Source: Geosiphon pyriformis uo1 (Eukaryota > Fungi > Glomeromycota). Taken from it: DNA of 64,000 nt. A model generated the notes under the pieces. That model did not search any database. It was not told the DNA's origin and saw only the letters and a program-made list of their open reading frames with translations. The position numbers and the translations under genes were made by a program. Shown in pieces: positions 12,553-27,953 of the stretch. The stretch spans positions 186,001-250,000 of the forward strand of contig JAAOMT010000659.1 in the NCBI GenBank assembly GCA_016748015.1. Direction: 5' to 3'. Positions within the stretch are counted from its first letter, which is position 1; each line of letters begins with the position of its first letter.

Positions 12553-15500
12553 TTACTCTTTCATTTCCGGCCCATTATTCGTTTCTTCATCGTCTTGGTC
12601 ATCCGGCGGTTGTTCATCTGATCCAAAAGTTTCCACATTACTGGGTCGCCGTGACGAAAAAGAACTAGTTCCCCCGTCATTTCGTACGGACTCATTAAAT
12701 TGAACCATTCTTATTCTTTCAATATTTGAGCCAGAATCCCCGGTAACAGCGTTATCAACGATCGGTATGTTACCACCTAAAATGTCAATAATATCTCGCG
12801 GACTTCTTACTTCCGGTAAACTACGTCTTCGTAAAGATCCTGTTTCATAGTCAATAACACTAACTCTTCCTAATGGTCCAGGATTGGTTTTTCGTCTTCT
12901 TAACGTTGGTAATATCATACGTCCCGTTCCATCTTCTTGTGAAAACGCATAACCACGCATTGGAGAGGTCAGCCCAGTTTGCATATACGTCAAATTAGCC
13001 GAACCTTGGGGTGAATCGTTAATAATCGCTAAATATTCAGACGACGTACGTCCGACTGCAGTTAGTGATCCAGACGGACGATGTATCATTGTGTGTTCTG
13101 GTCCAAGGGTGTCACCCAGGGAATGTGCGGAATCCCCTTCAGGGTATAATGGTCTTACAGAGTCGTTGGCAGAATACTGTGAATCGACAGTGTGTTGTCG
13201 TCTTAGATTTGTTGAATGGTGAGATGCGGGGAAATTCGGATCAATCGTGAAATCATGATCGGGATCTTGTTTACAAATTTCTTGTACGATATCAATATCG
13301 TGAGGTTTTAAAAGACGTTGGACATAACGAACAACATATCTCGGTAGAATTGCAATAACTATTGTTAATGCCATACAGAACCAAAATACGGCTCCACCGT
13401 ACACAACTTCATCAAAACCGTATACATCCGATATAGGTATCTGAGTGTAAACTGCAACGTAAACGTATATCAAGGCGATAGATCCAATAACCGTTACATA
13501 ATGAAATACTGTCCAACTTTGCATATTGAAACCGGTGAAAAGATTTGCTAGCATGATACAAGTGATAGCCATTGTAGTTCCCATTTCCAAATAATCAGGC
13601 TGACGCCCATATCGATTAACACTTCCTCTTTTATAAGCAAAATATGGGATGTAGAAGCAAACCAAAGATTGATAAAGTCCTTCCAGCATGTAAATAAAGA
13701 ATCGAAACATTGAAAAAGCTTTCTGCTGAATGCCCCATTGATATAATTCGGGAACTTCAATTGCAACTCTATCCGATAGATCCCTGTCAAAAACTCCGAT
13801 TGCTAAGACCGCAGTACATGTGAAAAAAAGATTCCAGAATAAAACGTAGGTGTACTCGAAAACTACCGTCGTTGAAAATCCACAATAAATCTGAAACCAA
13901 AATAATACCCCGACACCGATGAGATTTTTGTAAAAGAAATTTAGGATCATTGAAGTGTTTCTTATGTATGAATAGTGCCCATGAACAAGTAAAAGACGAC
14001 TCAAATAACGAAACTGCGCTATTGCATAATCAGATGCCATTACAGCTTGTAATCCTTCTTCTCCGGCTACTCCAATTCCAACATGAGCTGCCTATAATCA
14101 TTTAAAAGAATTAAAAAATTAGAAAACTCCCAAAATCTTTGTCCCTATTAACATTTACCTGAATCATGCTGACATCGTTGGCGCCATCCCCAATAGCACA
14201 TGTCATCACATCTTTTCCATTCCTCACCAATTCGACAACTTTTGCTTTTTGTAAAGGTGAAACTCGACAGCATACAACAGCCTTGCATCGACAAGCGAGA
14301 TCCAATAACAAATCCCTACTCCAAGGTTCTTCCAAAGCATATTTGAGCGCTACTCCATCAATGATCAAGGCGTGACCACCAGTGCGATGTGAGCTAGAGC
14401 CAGCAGTTTTCAGCGAGTAAACTGATCCTGAACTATTTTCACGTGCATGAGAAGTCGACAGTCTTGGTGCGCTACTAAATTGAGTAACAGGTGGAATTTC
14501 GGTAGATCGAATTCGTTCTTGAATTTCTGGATCAGTGCCAAAAAATTTTTCAACAGCATTTCGCATTTGTTCATAGGCACTGCCAGGTTCTCCATATGCA
14601 CCACCACGAATAACAATGAGATTCATCTCTTTGCTCAACAAAAAAGTTGAGAAACCTATACTGATCGCCGTCTCCATTTTATCTCCGGTCAAAACCCAAA
14701 TTTTGATACCGGCCCGTTTTAGCGTGGCTATACATTGTGGTACACCATCCTGGAGTCGATCTTCAATTGCGGTAGCACCAAGAAGGGTTAAATTGGTTTC
14801 AACTTGGTCGCAAACATCAGCGACCCTTTTTTCACGATCGGTGATTGCCGTAGATGCTTCCCGAAACTCAATATTCCATCTTTCATAGTAGGATGGATCA
14901 ATGATTTTCCTTGCCAAACATAACGTTCTTAGACCTATTATCAAATTTTAATTAATTAGTATTGATGAGGTATATACTTGGTGAAATAAAAATTCAACAT
15001 ACCCTCTTTGGCAAAACTTTCTAGATGTTCACCAGTTGTATTTAACATGAAATCTTGTCCAGTAGATAATCTTTCAAAGATTACATTGTCAGCTCCTTTA
15101 CAAAATAAATAAATTTTTCCATCTTCTGGTGACCTTACTATAACACTCATTCTTTTTCGTGAGCTGGTGAATTCCAAGACGTTCAACATTTCATAATGAA
15201 TCTCGTTTCCTTCCGGGTCAGTGATAACAATCGTGTTAGAATCCCGTGATCTGAATGCGTATCCAACATCATTGGCAGCTTGTACGAGTGCCGATTCATC
15301 AGGTGATTGTGCTTTATAATTTTGTTCTCCATCTGAATTTGTGCTTACGAGAACGGTATGACACACGGATAACACAATCCAAAATGCCTTGATAGCTTCC
15401 ATTTGTTTCGGATTCGTGGTGTCATGCATATCCGCTGATAAAGTAGCATCAGTGAATCGAGGTTTATCAGATTCCTTTCCTGCGGAAGCGTCCGATTGAA

Positions 15501-17506
15501 TCACATCACTAGATGATGATTGAGAGTTTGAAGCGTTCGTGATGTTTACCTCCTTTGAGGGCACCCTCACAGCTTCTGTTTCGTTAATAGATTCAATCCC
15601 ATCATAAACTTTCCCGCCCACGGAACATTTTCGAAATTCCATTACATTTTGAGTAAGTGTACCGGTTTTATCCGAGAAAATGTATTCAATTTGACCTTGA
15701 GATCGATTCAATCCGATTTCACGTTAAAGGGGTGGTAGTTAATATTAAATATTTTATTTAAAGGGGGACCCTTCATATTCAGCACCTATCAATGATTGTC
15801 AAAGGTTGAAAGGAAGGATTAAATGATGTATATATAAAGAAATGAGATTCATACCTAAATCGTCTGATAAATTCCAATTCTTTGGGATACATGGCGTGTC
15901 CGTTTTAGCATATCTCATTTCATCGTCCATGTAAATGAAAAATGCCTGAGAAATTTTCGGGATGAATCAGACATCAGGATTTCGAATTTCATATAACAGT
16001 AATGATCACAAGTAACTTCCATTACCTGGAAACTCTTGACAAATTCGATGGAAAGATAAAGAGAAATTGGAACAATGTTTTGAAATGTTACCATCGCATT
16101 CCTAAGAAGTATTGATAAGTGGTAAATTTTTATAGCATAAGAATTTGATCAAATGACCATGGTGAAAAATTTTGCCATACCAGAACGCTACGAAAGCATT
16201 GAACGATGGTTTATCAGTACTAGTTCCTTTCTGATTGAGAAAAGGGGAATTTTTATTGACATAAACTGATTCCCAAATCTTGCTCCCGATTGCACAACCA
16301 GCACACAATACGACCAAAAGGGCCAAATTAATGAAGCTGAAAGACCAAAGGAAATTTCGTCGCAACATTGTTTAATATGTTTGAAAAACAATTAATCCAA
16401 AGAATAATTTTGAAAAATACCTACATTTGAGGATTCATTTGTTTCTCAATTCTGCTCCTTTTTGAAGGAGTTTTGCCAGAATTCAACGCAAGTTTGGTAT
16501 CAGTTCCAGTAAACACGACTACCCCAATTACCCATTCAGTGTTTTTTAAGGCACAACCTCGTAGCAGCATAGTATTTAAATTAATGGGTACTTTGATCGA
16601 TGAACCACGAGGACGTGGACGATCAGGTAGACCTTCGGGAAAAACTAAAGTGGCATTATAACTGAATAAATTTGTGGTTGGCGGTTCTGAATCAACATAA
16701 AATTTAGCCAAGGCACAATCTTCAGGAGTATTTAATTGATCTGTCTCGGGGACAGTTTGCCTGATTTTAAGATTTGTTTCGCCATCAAGATTTTTGGTTT
16801 CCACATAACACAAAGAATTTGGTTCAGAGGTGGAAAGAATAAGGACATCTATGGACAATAGGGTAAGTAATTTGACCAAATTTATTATAAAGTTATCAAA
16901 ATCGATAAAAGAAAATTTACCAGCTGGTATATATTCATCATTTTTTAATTTAATGATATCCCCAACTCGGACATCTTTCCACAGAGTTTCTTTCCATTCT
17001 GGCAGCTCATTTTCATTTTTTGTTTCACTAATCGGTTTTTGGGTGATTGATGATTTTATCCGTTGAACAATAGTTATAGAGGGATCGGCGTAGTTATAGT
17101 TTCGCCAGTTGCCTAATGTCAAAGTTTTTCGATTATTTAACCTCCTATCTGTTACATGACGTTTAAAATCTTCGAACCCGTCTTTAATGGCGGTTATACT
17201 AATTATAATGAACATGGGTAGAGCCGCTACAACCGGGTTGATTGTAGCAAATTCAGGAAACCATTGTAATATTACTAGTGCCAAAAAAAAGAAATTTGCT
17301 ACACGACGAAATTGTTCATACAAATTTTTGGGTATAAAGCTAAGTAAAGTGTATTTTGAAGTTTTCACTTTATTGGTAACATAAACGTGTGCTGGTCGTC
17401 CTTTTGCGTCCAGTTTGGTTTTTGGTAGTGGGCCATTGACAAATACTTGACGTGCCAATGCTTGGGGTCTTCTTGATTTGAAGATGTTTATACGATCTAA
17501 CCACAT
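12553..17506 (-). CDS. DNF1: P4-type ATPase phospholipid flippase, Dnf1/Dnf2 clade (multi-exon)
   Basis: TSKYT..[80 protein letters not shown]; GT-AG introns, e.g. in-frame 16849-16920. Confidence 0.93.
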
Positions 17507-17809
17507 TGTTATAGAATTTATTGAGGAAAGAAAAGAATATTTCGCTTTGTCCTGTCAACTTCTTTAAAAATTACTAATTCAGTAGTATATTTAGCCGGGT
17601 TTCCCAAATCGGATTAAATTTTCATATTTGACATAATATTTTTATTGTGTGATATCATAAGAAATAAATAAAATAATAATAATAATAATGACAATTGCGG
17701 TTAGGTTATATTTCAAAATTAGCATCGGAATTTAGTTGCATTCCATATTATTATTGCCGCCTTTGAAATAACCATCACTTGATCTGCCACAATTTCAGTG
17801 AAACAAATA

Positions 17810-20546
17810 TTAGGCATCGGCCATACCATCATCATCATCCTCCTCTTGTCTATGTAACATTGATGGAGGGTGTTCCATCATATCATCATCGTCGTCCTCT
17901 TCGTAGTCATCATCGTCGTTATGATCCCGTGAACGATGACGATAAAAGGACCGACTCCCGGAAGAGTTGTGTAGATTATCGTTAGACTCTTGTTTAATTA
18001 ATGCATTCCGACCACCAGAAGATGTAGGGGGTAATCTTTCATTCATTATCGAGTAATTTTCCGTGCTTAATCTTTTCACCGGATATTTGGTATTTAGAAC
18101 GTCTTCCATGGAATTGGTCGACTTCAGAGGAGCTCTACTACGTGGAAGGCGCCCCTCCTTATGTTTTTCTTTGCTTTTGCCTAATCGTGTTGAGGATTGC
18201 GTACGACTTTCACCGTCCCCATTTTCATGCAACGTGTAAGCAGTTCTTTTGCTTGTTGTCGTACGATTTCTTCTGAAAGATTCGGCCTTTGGATTTGATA
18301 AATAACTGCGTTCATTACGACGGTTACTTTCGGTCTCTGAATCTGAAAGTTCAGTTTCTGGAACAACATGTGAATCCCTTTGTCTCTCTGTAGTAGAAAA
18401 AAGTGGGTTGAAATTTAGGAAATTGTATTAATAAGTTAAAAAAATCTAATCTTTTACTCAAACCGACGTGATATCCGAATATCGGGATCTTCGTCTTCCG
18501 AATCGTCGTTATCAGATCCATAGTTTCTTGGAACCTCTAAAAAAAAATCGAAATGAGATCGGAAATTTATAGGAAAAAAGAACGTTATTTAATTGACTCG
18601 GGTCACCTTGCATCTGGACACTTGGTGCAAAGGGGATGTGCCTCAGATTTTCGAAAACTTTTGCTCTAAAAATCGGGCGTGTGACATAGCATAATAGTTA
18701 GCTAATTGTCAAGATATTTGCCAAGAGTCTTGGGAAAACTCTTACTTCATATCTTCTAGATATGCAGGAGTGTTCAGATTTTCCATATTATTTGATGGGA
18801 CGTCCAATCTATATTCGGGTCCATAATATTCCAAGAAATTATTATATGGTAAATCTATTCACACAAAAAGTAAAGTAAAAAGCTCGATAAAGAGATTTGC
18901 ATAAAATTTTTTAAATCAGCGGAAAATACAGGAAATCCCATATTTTACCTTCTTGTAAACGCTCCCCCAGTAATAGACCGGTTTCATATGTCCAAACTCG
19001 TGCAACATTTCTTATAGTGTATCCACCACCACCAACGACCATCAAGGGTAAGTTGAAGCTCTTAACAAATTCAACGCATGAAGCGTGACCTTTGATTGAA
19101 AGATTGAAGCATCCCAATCGATCACCCGATAATGAGTCAGCACCACATTGCATAAGAACTGCTCCAGGACGATACCAGTCCATGATATGTCTTACTACCT
19201 GATATAAACGAATTTTGAAAATCCGATTTATTATAAAGTTTTTTAAAAGTTTTGAAAAATACTAAGTGTTACATACCGGCCTAAAAACGTTTTCGTAGCT
19301 TGCATCATCCATGCCATCTTTCAAAGGAAAATTGATAGCGTAATGCTTACCCTTTCCAATACCAATATCCTCATCACGTAAACAAACGCATTAGTTTGCA
19401 TTTGAAGAATAAAATATTGCATGAAATTTACTGGTTGGCACAAGTAAATTTACCCCAACATCTCCGGTACCAGGAAAGAATTGCCCAAATTTGTGAAATG
19501 AGCAAGTCAAGACTCGATCAGTGGTAAAAAAAGCCTCTTCGACACCATCCCCGTGATGAATATCAATATCAATGTATAAGACGCGTTGATGAAATCTAGA
19601 GGAGAAAAAAAAATTTTGAGATTGATAGGATCTTTATCGAAATTGAAAACCCTTCCAATTGAGCAAACCTCAATAATTCTAATATAGCTAAAACTATATC
19701 ATTCACATAACAGAATCCGGAAGCTTCAAATCTTTTCGCATGATGCAATCCACCGGACCAATTAATTGCTATGTCTGATTCGCCACTAGTCAATTTATTA
19801 GCAGCCCCTAGATTTGTAAGCTTTAGATTTAGAGAAATTTTCTTGAAGCAAATAAGATGATAGAATGAATGCTAAATTTTGAAATCACTTGCCTATAGAT
19901 CCACCAGCTGATATCGAGCAAAATTCAAAGAGACCTTCGAATATAGGACAATCTTCCCCAACATTAACTATAAAAGGAAAATTAAAATCAATTCTGCAAG
20001 ATGGATGTTAATGAAAAAAAAATGTTATGTAGTTACATCTCGTTTGTTGTTGAGATAGTTCTTCGACATTCTCCGGGGTAACCCTATTTAAGAAGTCGAT
20101 ATACTCATCGGTGTGAAATCGCGTCATTTGTCGCATACTAGCTCTTTCGGGACACTGAAAGCAGCAAATGAATGAAAATCAAAGCAAATACAAGGTAAAC
20201 AAAACATTTATTTACTCTCCGAACTTTCTATTATCAAAAGGATACAAGAACTTCCATTTTCTTAAAAAGTCCATAGTTCATGACTAAATCATGAACCATG
20301 CGCATTCTGTGGGGCTTCATGGGGTGGCCTATTGAAGAATAAAGTGAGCTTGAAGCTTTTAAGCATAAGAGAGGATCATGAAAAATCAATTATACCTGTT
20401 CCGTAAGTGAAATTGCCAACATCTTCTGTTCAAGGAAACTAAGAATGAGTTAGGCAGGAGAACAAACAAGGAAGGAGTTTCCAGAGAAGCTTACCGTCAT
20501 AGAAATATGATATTCGCTTTTTGGTAAGGTTTGAAAGAGCGTTCAT
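17810..20546 (-). CDS. RPD3: Class I histone deacetylase, Rpd3/Clr6 type, with long charged C-terminal tail (many short exons)
   Basis: [84 protein letters not shown]; tail motif ETELSDSE. Confidence 0.92.
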
Positions 20547-21189
20547 GAGGTATTTTCTGGTGGGAAGAACTTGAGAGAGAGGTCGTTCGTTTTCTATTAT
20601 CGAAATGTTTTAATAGTGACTAGTATGAAAAGCAGTCGAAAAACGAAATTGACAAATTCCTGTTTGTACACACAAATATTGGGTACTTAACGTCATAATA
20701 AACATTCCAAAAGAATAGAATTTATGTTATAGTAAATCCTTTTTAAATCTATTGATCCTCCAAACAATTTAGTGGTCAGACCCTTTTTTTTTTTTTTTTT
20801 TTTTTTTTTGGAATTTTCCAAATTTGGACTTGGGGTTAATAATAATGATAAAACCTTAATTAAATCAACAAACCATGGGTCAGAAATTAGCGTGCGTGAT
20901 CACCTTAAAAGGATTTTCTTAATGATAACTCACTCTTATAACCTCAAAAAGAATAACCTTTTCGTTTTTATCAAAGAGGAGCTATGGGTTAAAAAATTTC
21001 AGCGCTTTCCGCGCAAACAGACAGATTCACAAAGAAAAAATTAGTTTTAATATTTCTGCTCGATTTTACATAATGATGTGAAGCATTTGGTTTAGGAAGA
21101 TCTCTTCTTGGGCTGAAACGGCCAAGGAATTCATAACTCTATTAATTTCTCTAATAGTTACTTATTTTTTTAAAATTTTTGAAATACCA

Positions 21190-21420
21190 TGGCCGTTTTT
21201 CAAGATGCTTTTCAAAATGTAAACATCATATTTAAAAATTGTAAAGGACTTAATGAATTACTTAAAAAGATACATACCATAATTTAGCCTGAACCAAAGA
21301 ATATAGGAATTAGTAATTTTTGATTAAAAAGGCAAAATAGCTATGTAGTCATCTGACCAAAAAATATTATGGCAGGCGTATTCAAAGCTAGCTCGAAAGA
21401 CTAGAATTTTGAAAACTAAG
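21190..21420 (+). pseudogene. Possible HMG-box relic
   Basis: KIAM*SSDQKILWQAYSKLARKTR resembles HMG-box helices 2-3 if TAG derives from TGG; weak. Confidence 0.25.
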
Positions 21421-22429
21421 TTTGGAAAATTATGATCAATGAATTTTTATCTGTAAATATAATCGCCAAAAATTGAATTTCAAGTTTTTCAGATTTATAT
21501 AAAAGAAAAATTGATAAAGCAAAATAACAAGTGTGGCTGAACAGAAAAATCTGTTTTATTTCAAAAAATGGAAAAATGAAATACTTTAAACATATTTTCT
21601 CCTGTATAATAGATCAAGATTCTAAATTTTAGATGGAATAAATAATGCAATTTTGAAGCAGAATTTAACTTAATTAAAGATATTGAAAGATTTAATTGAT
21701 TTAAAAAACATAAAGTTTTTAGTAAAAAATAATGTTATATTTTTTTCTAATTAAGACCTGATGCCAAAAATATTGGTAGATTTTAAATTGGTGGATTTTA
21801 TAACAATAATAATAAATAAAAATTAAACAGCAATTTAAATATTTACAATTATGTTACATATTAATATAAAATTATAAATATGCATAGGTGGAAAAATAAA
21901 AAGTTTTAAAATTTTTAATTATAATTGTTTTATAAATATAGAATATAATTAATATTAAAATTATATTATATTATAATTTTTAAATACAAATATAATTTTA
22001 AATGTGGTTATTATAAAATAAATAATATAATATAATATAATATAATATAATATGATTTTAATTTGTGCAAATAATTAATTATCTATAAAAAATGTGTAAT
22101 TTATATTTATTTTAGAAATGTATATGTATTATATTAGTATATTGTATAAAAATAATAAAAAAAATTTAATTAATTTAATTAAAAGAAAATTATTTTTTAA
22201 AAATAATAATTAAATATATTATAATTAATTTAATATATGTTAATAATTACAATTAATATAATTTTTTAATTTTTTAAAAATAATATTTTATATTGCTTAA
22301 TTAAATGAAGTTTAACATTAATATTTATTTTTACAAATTAAATTAGTTTGATGATAAATAACCTATTTAAAAATAATTATATGAGATATTTAATTTTGAT
22401 CAAGCATGAAATTTTTCATTTGGTTAAAA

Positions 22430-23320
22430 AATACCTGAATTATAAATTGTAGAATATCTTTAATGATACTATTCCAGAAGATTAAATCTTTTAACTCTTT
22501 TATGTATTAAGTATCAATATTAAGAGTATAGAGTAAAGTACATCAGGAAGCAAACTTTCCGTATTTCCCGAAATAATAAACCACATTCATTATATCTATA
22601 TTCTGAAAGTTCACTGTTGATATAACCAGAATATATATGCTAATTTATAAACTTTAAGGGTTACTTTAGTAAATACATCTTTTTCATTGTTTATACGAAT
22701 GTGATATTGACTACAATTAATGTGATAGAAACGACTGCAAAGCTATTACCCTTTGATTAATTAAGTTATTAAATATTACATCTAAATAATATTTAATATG
22801 TTATAACTATAAAGGAAAATAAAATACCTGAGAAATTTTCTTTCTTTCTATAAATACAGACCTATTAAAAAAGCCCTATTTGAAGTTGTAATATTTCCCA
22901 GCTTGGTGATTCTGATTTATTGATCTTATGATTAAATGATTTCGATACGATGCCTTTCAACTGGAATGGTTGAAGCCAATTGATTTTCGAGTGTCTCGAA
23001 AAGTCGTACTGCTGTTTCTAATTCAAAGGTTACTTCTTGATTGAAACGCAAAAAATTCCAGGCAGGGTAGCTTTAATCAATAACCATTATGCATTTTATT
23101 TAGGCAGCGACATTCGGAATTTTCTAATAGAAACTAAACAATAGACCTTTTTACCTGCAGGAATGCTTTCTCGTCGTTTTAAAGGGTTCAAAGAAAGTGA
23201 ACAAACGAATTAATGATTATTCTTAAATTAAAGCAAAAAATCAAAATAATTACAGATCCCTAATGACTTCATTGTAATCTGCATCTTTTATAAAATTATT
23301 TTCGACGACAATAAAATTGA
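22430..23320 (-). pseudogene. Relic of an Ig-like/membrane protein gene, probably the same broad family as 8805-9142
   Basis: VVENNFIKDADYNEVIRDL and LFETLENQLASTIPVERHRIEI separated by intron-like GT..AG segments; stops present. Confidence 0.35.
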
Positions 23321-23354
23321 TTTAATAAATAGAAATAATAATAATTATAATATA

Positions 23355-23432
<78 letters not shown>
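23355..23432. repeat. (ATT)n microsatellite
   Basis: Directly visible trinucleotide run. Confidence 0.95.
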
Positions 23433-24166
23433 TAGGTTTTAATCAATTGTTAATCTTAAAAATGTGCCGATTTTATTATATTATTATATAAGAATAAATA
23501 AAGCCATATATTAAATCCAAATTAAAATAATTATAGCTTTCAAAAAATTTAATAAAAAAAAATTATTATAAAACTTAATCGTAAAAAAGTTAAGATGTAA
23601 TAATAATAATAATAATAACAGCAATAATAATAATAATAATATAAAATTCTGTATGCAAAACAGTTTCTTTGAAAATTCAAAAAATTTTACTACAAAATAT
23701 TCATAATTTTGTCTTGAGCAAATACATTAATCAAATATGCTGATAATTACTTACAATCAATCATATTCTGTTTTAATTCCTAATTACTAATTTATTCTCA
23801 ACTTCTGAATAATTGTATTCAAAAGTGGAATATTGAGAGAAATTTCAAGTTTTGCCTTGCAAACTAATCTTTTCAAGTTTTAAGAACAATTTAACTTCTA
23901 AGATTTGAAGCGTCAATAAATTCAGAAAAGAAGGACTAATATCTTTGTCTGTAATGCTTTCTCGTTTGAGAAGACGATCAATATTTATTGGAAAGCAATT
24001 GATTTTTCATCGTAAAACTAGACAAAGTATTTATTCAAAGGAGTCAATCCGAGGATAAAAAGGACAACTTTTTAATGTATAAGAATCGAAAACAGGACAG
24101 TAAACGCCGGTCCTTAATAACAAAAAAAAGCCACATGATTCGAAAGTAAAATTCTGTTACGCCTTT

Positions 24167-27100
24167 TCAATCTTTGCCTTCGAATTGTCTTTGATACATG
24201 TCCGCAATCTATTTAACCAGGAAGATAATTATAATGAGCGATTAAGAAATATTGAATTCAGTATTTGCAAAGCTTACCTGTTCATGTGTAGTAGCAGTTT
24301 CTGGATTTTTATCATCTCTAATCCGGATAAATCGAGGAAATCGTAAGGAAATGCCTTTCGATGAGTCGCACTTGTACAACAAACAAAATTAAAAACGAAT
24401 GACGATTTAAATTACAATTCAACAACCTACATACCACTCCAACAGCGGCTTTATATATGGGAGATATGCTAAGGTCAGCTGAACGAATTTCCCAAACCTG
24501 ACAAGGCTCAAACCACACGTCTGGTTTAGTTGCTTTGTCGTAATTATAATATTTTTTCGGGTCATTGATTTCGTGTTCTTTCAAGAATTTGTAATGTTCC
24601 TCCAGCATAGCGTCCGAGAAGCCAGTTCCAATTTTGCATATGGTTTGATACTCCTCATGATCTGGGTCATAGCAGGCCAGGAGAAACCCACCATATACAT
24701 TGGTACGTTTCCCACGTCCAAGGTAAGCTCCAATAACAACAAGGTCCAATGAATCCCCGACCCCTGACAAATAATCTTTCTTGAGCTTAATGGTGTTTGT
24801 TAAAATAGTTAAGTTTGTGAATTTATTTGTATAATATGCCTTAAAAAAGTAACAAACCTTCAACCAATTTCTAGATCTCTTCGAAGGTTCATACGTCGAC
24901 TCGGCGCCTTCGCTTATCTTTACCATCAAGCCTTCGCAACTACGCTTTACACTTTCATCCAAAAATGTTTGAATTTCTTCAATGTTTGAAGCTTCCATGT
25001 AATGTGCAAAGGCGAATTCACCTTCAACTGTATTAAATGCTTGATATAAATGTTGACGTCTTTCCGAGAGTGGTTTCGACAGGTATGACTTTGAAGAAAT
25101 TGGAGAAAATTATTAAAATCGATTAAATAATTGAGCTTATTTATATTGAAAGATTCCTTACCTCCCCATTTAGATAGAGTAAATCAAAAGCAAACACACA
25201 AACGGTAACCTTAATATCTTCCTCTTTCACGTCCTTTCGTTTCCTAGTACTCAAAACTTGAAAAGGTCGAAGGGATTGACTTTCACAATCCCAAGCTACA
25301 ACCTCACAATCCAGAACAAAGGATCTGGTAGCCGGTTTAATAAACTGAAAGCGAGAAATCAAAGTCTTTAGCAAGAAATCACATTCTTTAATTCAATGAA
25401 GACACTAACCTTGTTAAGTTTTTCAAGGATATCTGGATATTTTTGACAATTATCTTCCATATTTCGACTATAAATTTTTGATGTACCGTCTTCAAGCCTA
25501 TGAATCTGCAATTAACAAAAAACTGTATCAATAGAAATATAGACATATAAAGAAAAATTCAATGAAAAATCGTTGACAAATACCTGTCCTCGTTCACCGT
25601 CATACTTGAATTCACAAATAAATTTGTGCCCCTCAAGTCGATCGAGAACTTCGGTAATACTTTTGGTCGGATGTGCCAACATCGGCTTAATGGGTATTCC
25701 TTGATCCATAGAAAGTTGATTGAGAACACTTTTTCTTGAATCAATATTAGAAATCATACTATCAACGATCGACATAAATGAAATACCAGGTGTGAATTTG
25801 CAATGATCCCTTAATCGTTTAATTCCATACTTCAACAAATTGGGAATAACAATATCATAAGATGGTACCTCACTAGAACGAGGAGAAATATTAAATCAAA
25901 ATATGCGAACAGCTACACAATATCTCCTGATGCTGAATATTCTGGCCTCACCTGAATATGGCTTTGATAATGTTTGGGGCTTCAGCGAGTTCAGTTGCCT
26001 TGTTTGCCTTTGATAACTTTTCGTATTCTGATAAAACAGGATAAAATCCTTAGCCAATCGTCTTTGTTCATGTGAATAACATTCAGCCTTATCTTTTGTA
26101 TTTACCAGGACTAGTTAACACAGCAGCTTGGGCAAGGCTAACCAGAACTGTTTGTTCGGCCAAACCAATACGCAGCTTTCCTTCTAGTGATCTAAAGAAT
26201 CGAGGAGTTGAGTTCTTATTCACAAATAAAAACCAATAAAGAAAATTCACCTAATCAAATATTTTGCCTCGTTTCCATCAGAACACGAAGAGAGAAGGCC
26301 TTTGATATCACCTAATTTTCGGTTTTGAGACTAGGAAAAGTATTAATAAGCATATTAATATTTGATCTACACAATTTATAGGCTTTACCAGATAGACATC
26401 CTTACATCTTGGCCACTAGTTGCAGCGATCGCCTTCATTTTTTTGAATACAGAAGGCACCGTTAGTGGCTTCGGAGCAAAGAGAGTTGCTTGTGACTTCT
26501 TACTATGCTAAAAAAATAGTTAAAGAGCTGATGGGCAATCAGAGATTGTAAAAAACAAAACTCCAATAATCCCATTTGTTACCTTAGCAACTTCTCCAAT
26601 ATCGCCCAACTTGGCCAAATCATTTTTGATTGAAGAATTATTTCGACCGGTAGCTTCAGCGATTGCTTTTACTAAAGTTGTCTCTCCTATGCCCAATTCC
26701 AAACTCTCATATTCGGGGCAAATCTAGACTCAAATTTTTAGTGACGAGCGAGATTTTGAAATGGGGATAAATTATTATTTAAACCAAAAGTTACCCGATT
26801 TATACATAAGTATAAACTTTGCAACAAATTATCTGGAGTTTTTTCAATGACGCGCGACAAAAAGGTGGTCAGATATTCTTGAATTGATAAACGTTTTGTA
26901 GTTGCTTCGATCTCTTCAAAAGTTTTACAAAGAGCCGCATAAGGAACGCTACAAGTCAATATTAGATATTGAAGATTTCTGATAAAATCTGTATTAAAAT
27001 GAGGCTAGAAGGGAAAATTTTAAAGCTTACGGATCACCATCCTTCCAATTTATTCCTAGAGCAGTTTTCGGAATACCTCCTTCAGCACTGTAAAAATTAA

Positions 27101-27517
27101 GATTAAATCAATTTCAGAGTTGTAGCATCAGTTTATTAACTTCTAAAAAAGCGATACTGACAGCTTATTAGCAATCTCTTCGATCGCATTTTCTTCATAT
27201 GCTTCAGCAGCTTTCTCTTCTTGAGCAACCTCAGCTTCCACGTTTTCTTGTTCCTCCCCCTTCCCCTTTGTTTCTTTTGGGGTTGAAGTTGTTTCAAGTT
27301 TTGCCTCATTCTTTCTAGAAGTTCGATTGAGTCTAGCTTTCAATCCACTTTTTTTTTCTTGCGCCTTTTCTTTACTTTTATTAGTAACTTCAAGTTTTGG
27401 TTTTTTCACCGTTCTAGGTTCAACTTTGTCCTCTAGCTTCTTATCCCTCTCGTCCTCACTGTTCTCTTCACGTTTTGCTCTTTTAAGCGGTCTCGTTCTG
27501 ATCACGAACTTATCCAT
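24167..27517 (-). CDS. CDC9: DNA ligase I (multi-exon)
   Basis: Basic N-terminal tail, [28 protein letters not shown] (active-site KxDG), [45 protein letters not shown]; stop after QRQFEGKD. Confidence 0.95.
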
Positions 27518-27569
27518 GGTTATTTAGTAAGATTAAAGGAACGTTCCTCGTGTTATATTTTGACAAAAG

Positions 27570-27631
27570 TCGCGTATGTTCATAGGCTAAATTTTAAAAG
27601 CTGGCTCGTGATATCGTGATACGTTTCGCGC
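27570..27631. promoter_or_regulatory. E2F/SCB/MCB-like CGCG elements upstream of CDC9
   Basis: TTTCGCGC at 27624-27631 and TCGCGT at 27570-27575, within 115 bp of the ATG. Confidence 0.55.
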
Positions 27632-27953
27632 ACGCTTAATCGAACACTGACAATCAAAACTGATTACCATTTAATAATCGGATTCAACATTAAACCCCTT
27701 AGACTATAAACAATAAATATGGATGTAAAAAAAATTTATATTCAAAAAACCTTAAGAAAACTATCCTCTGATTTCGCTATGCAAATCAAATTTCTATTTC
27801 TCTAACCAAGCTAGAAAAGGTTTTGTATTTTTAGTGTTTCCAATTTCCTATATTAATATTATTTCACCCATCATTCTTGGGCGTCAAGCGTAAGTGAACT
27901 GTGATTCAATTCAATAAAAATCAAAGACATAGTCGAATCTACTGACTAAACAG

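Noticed and set aside
13065-17384. Short antisense or alternative-frame ORFs over DNF1 (likewise over the BTB, RPD3 and CDC9 genes and the TEs)
   Set aside because: Shadow ORFs of real coding sequence with no independent motifs.
20772-21044. 90-aa ORF with poly-Phe
   Set aside because: Derived from a poly-T tract; no coding signature.
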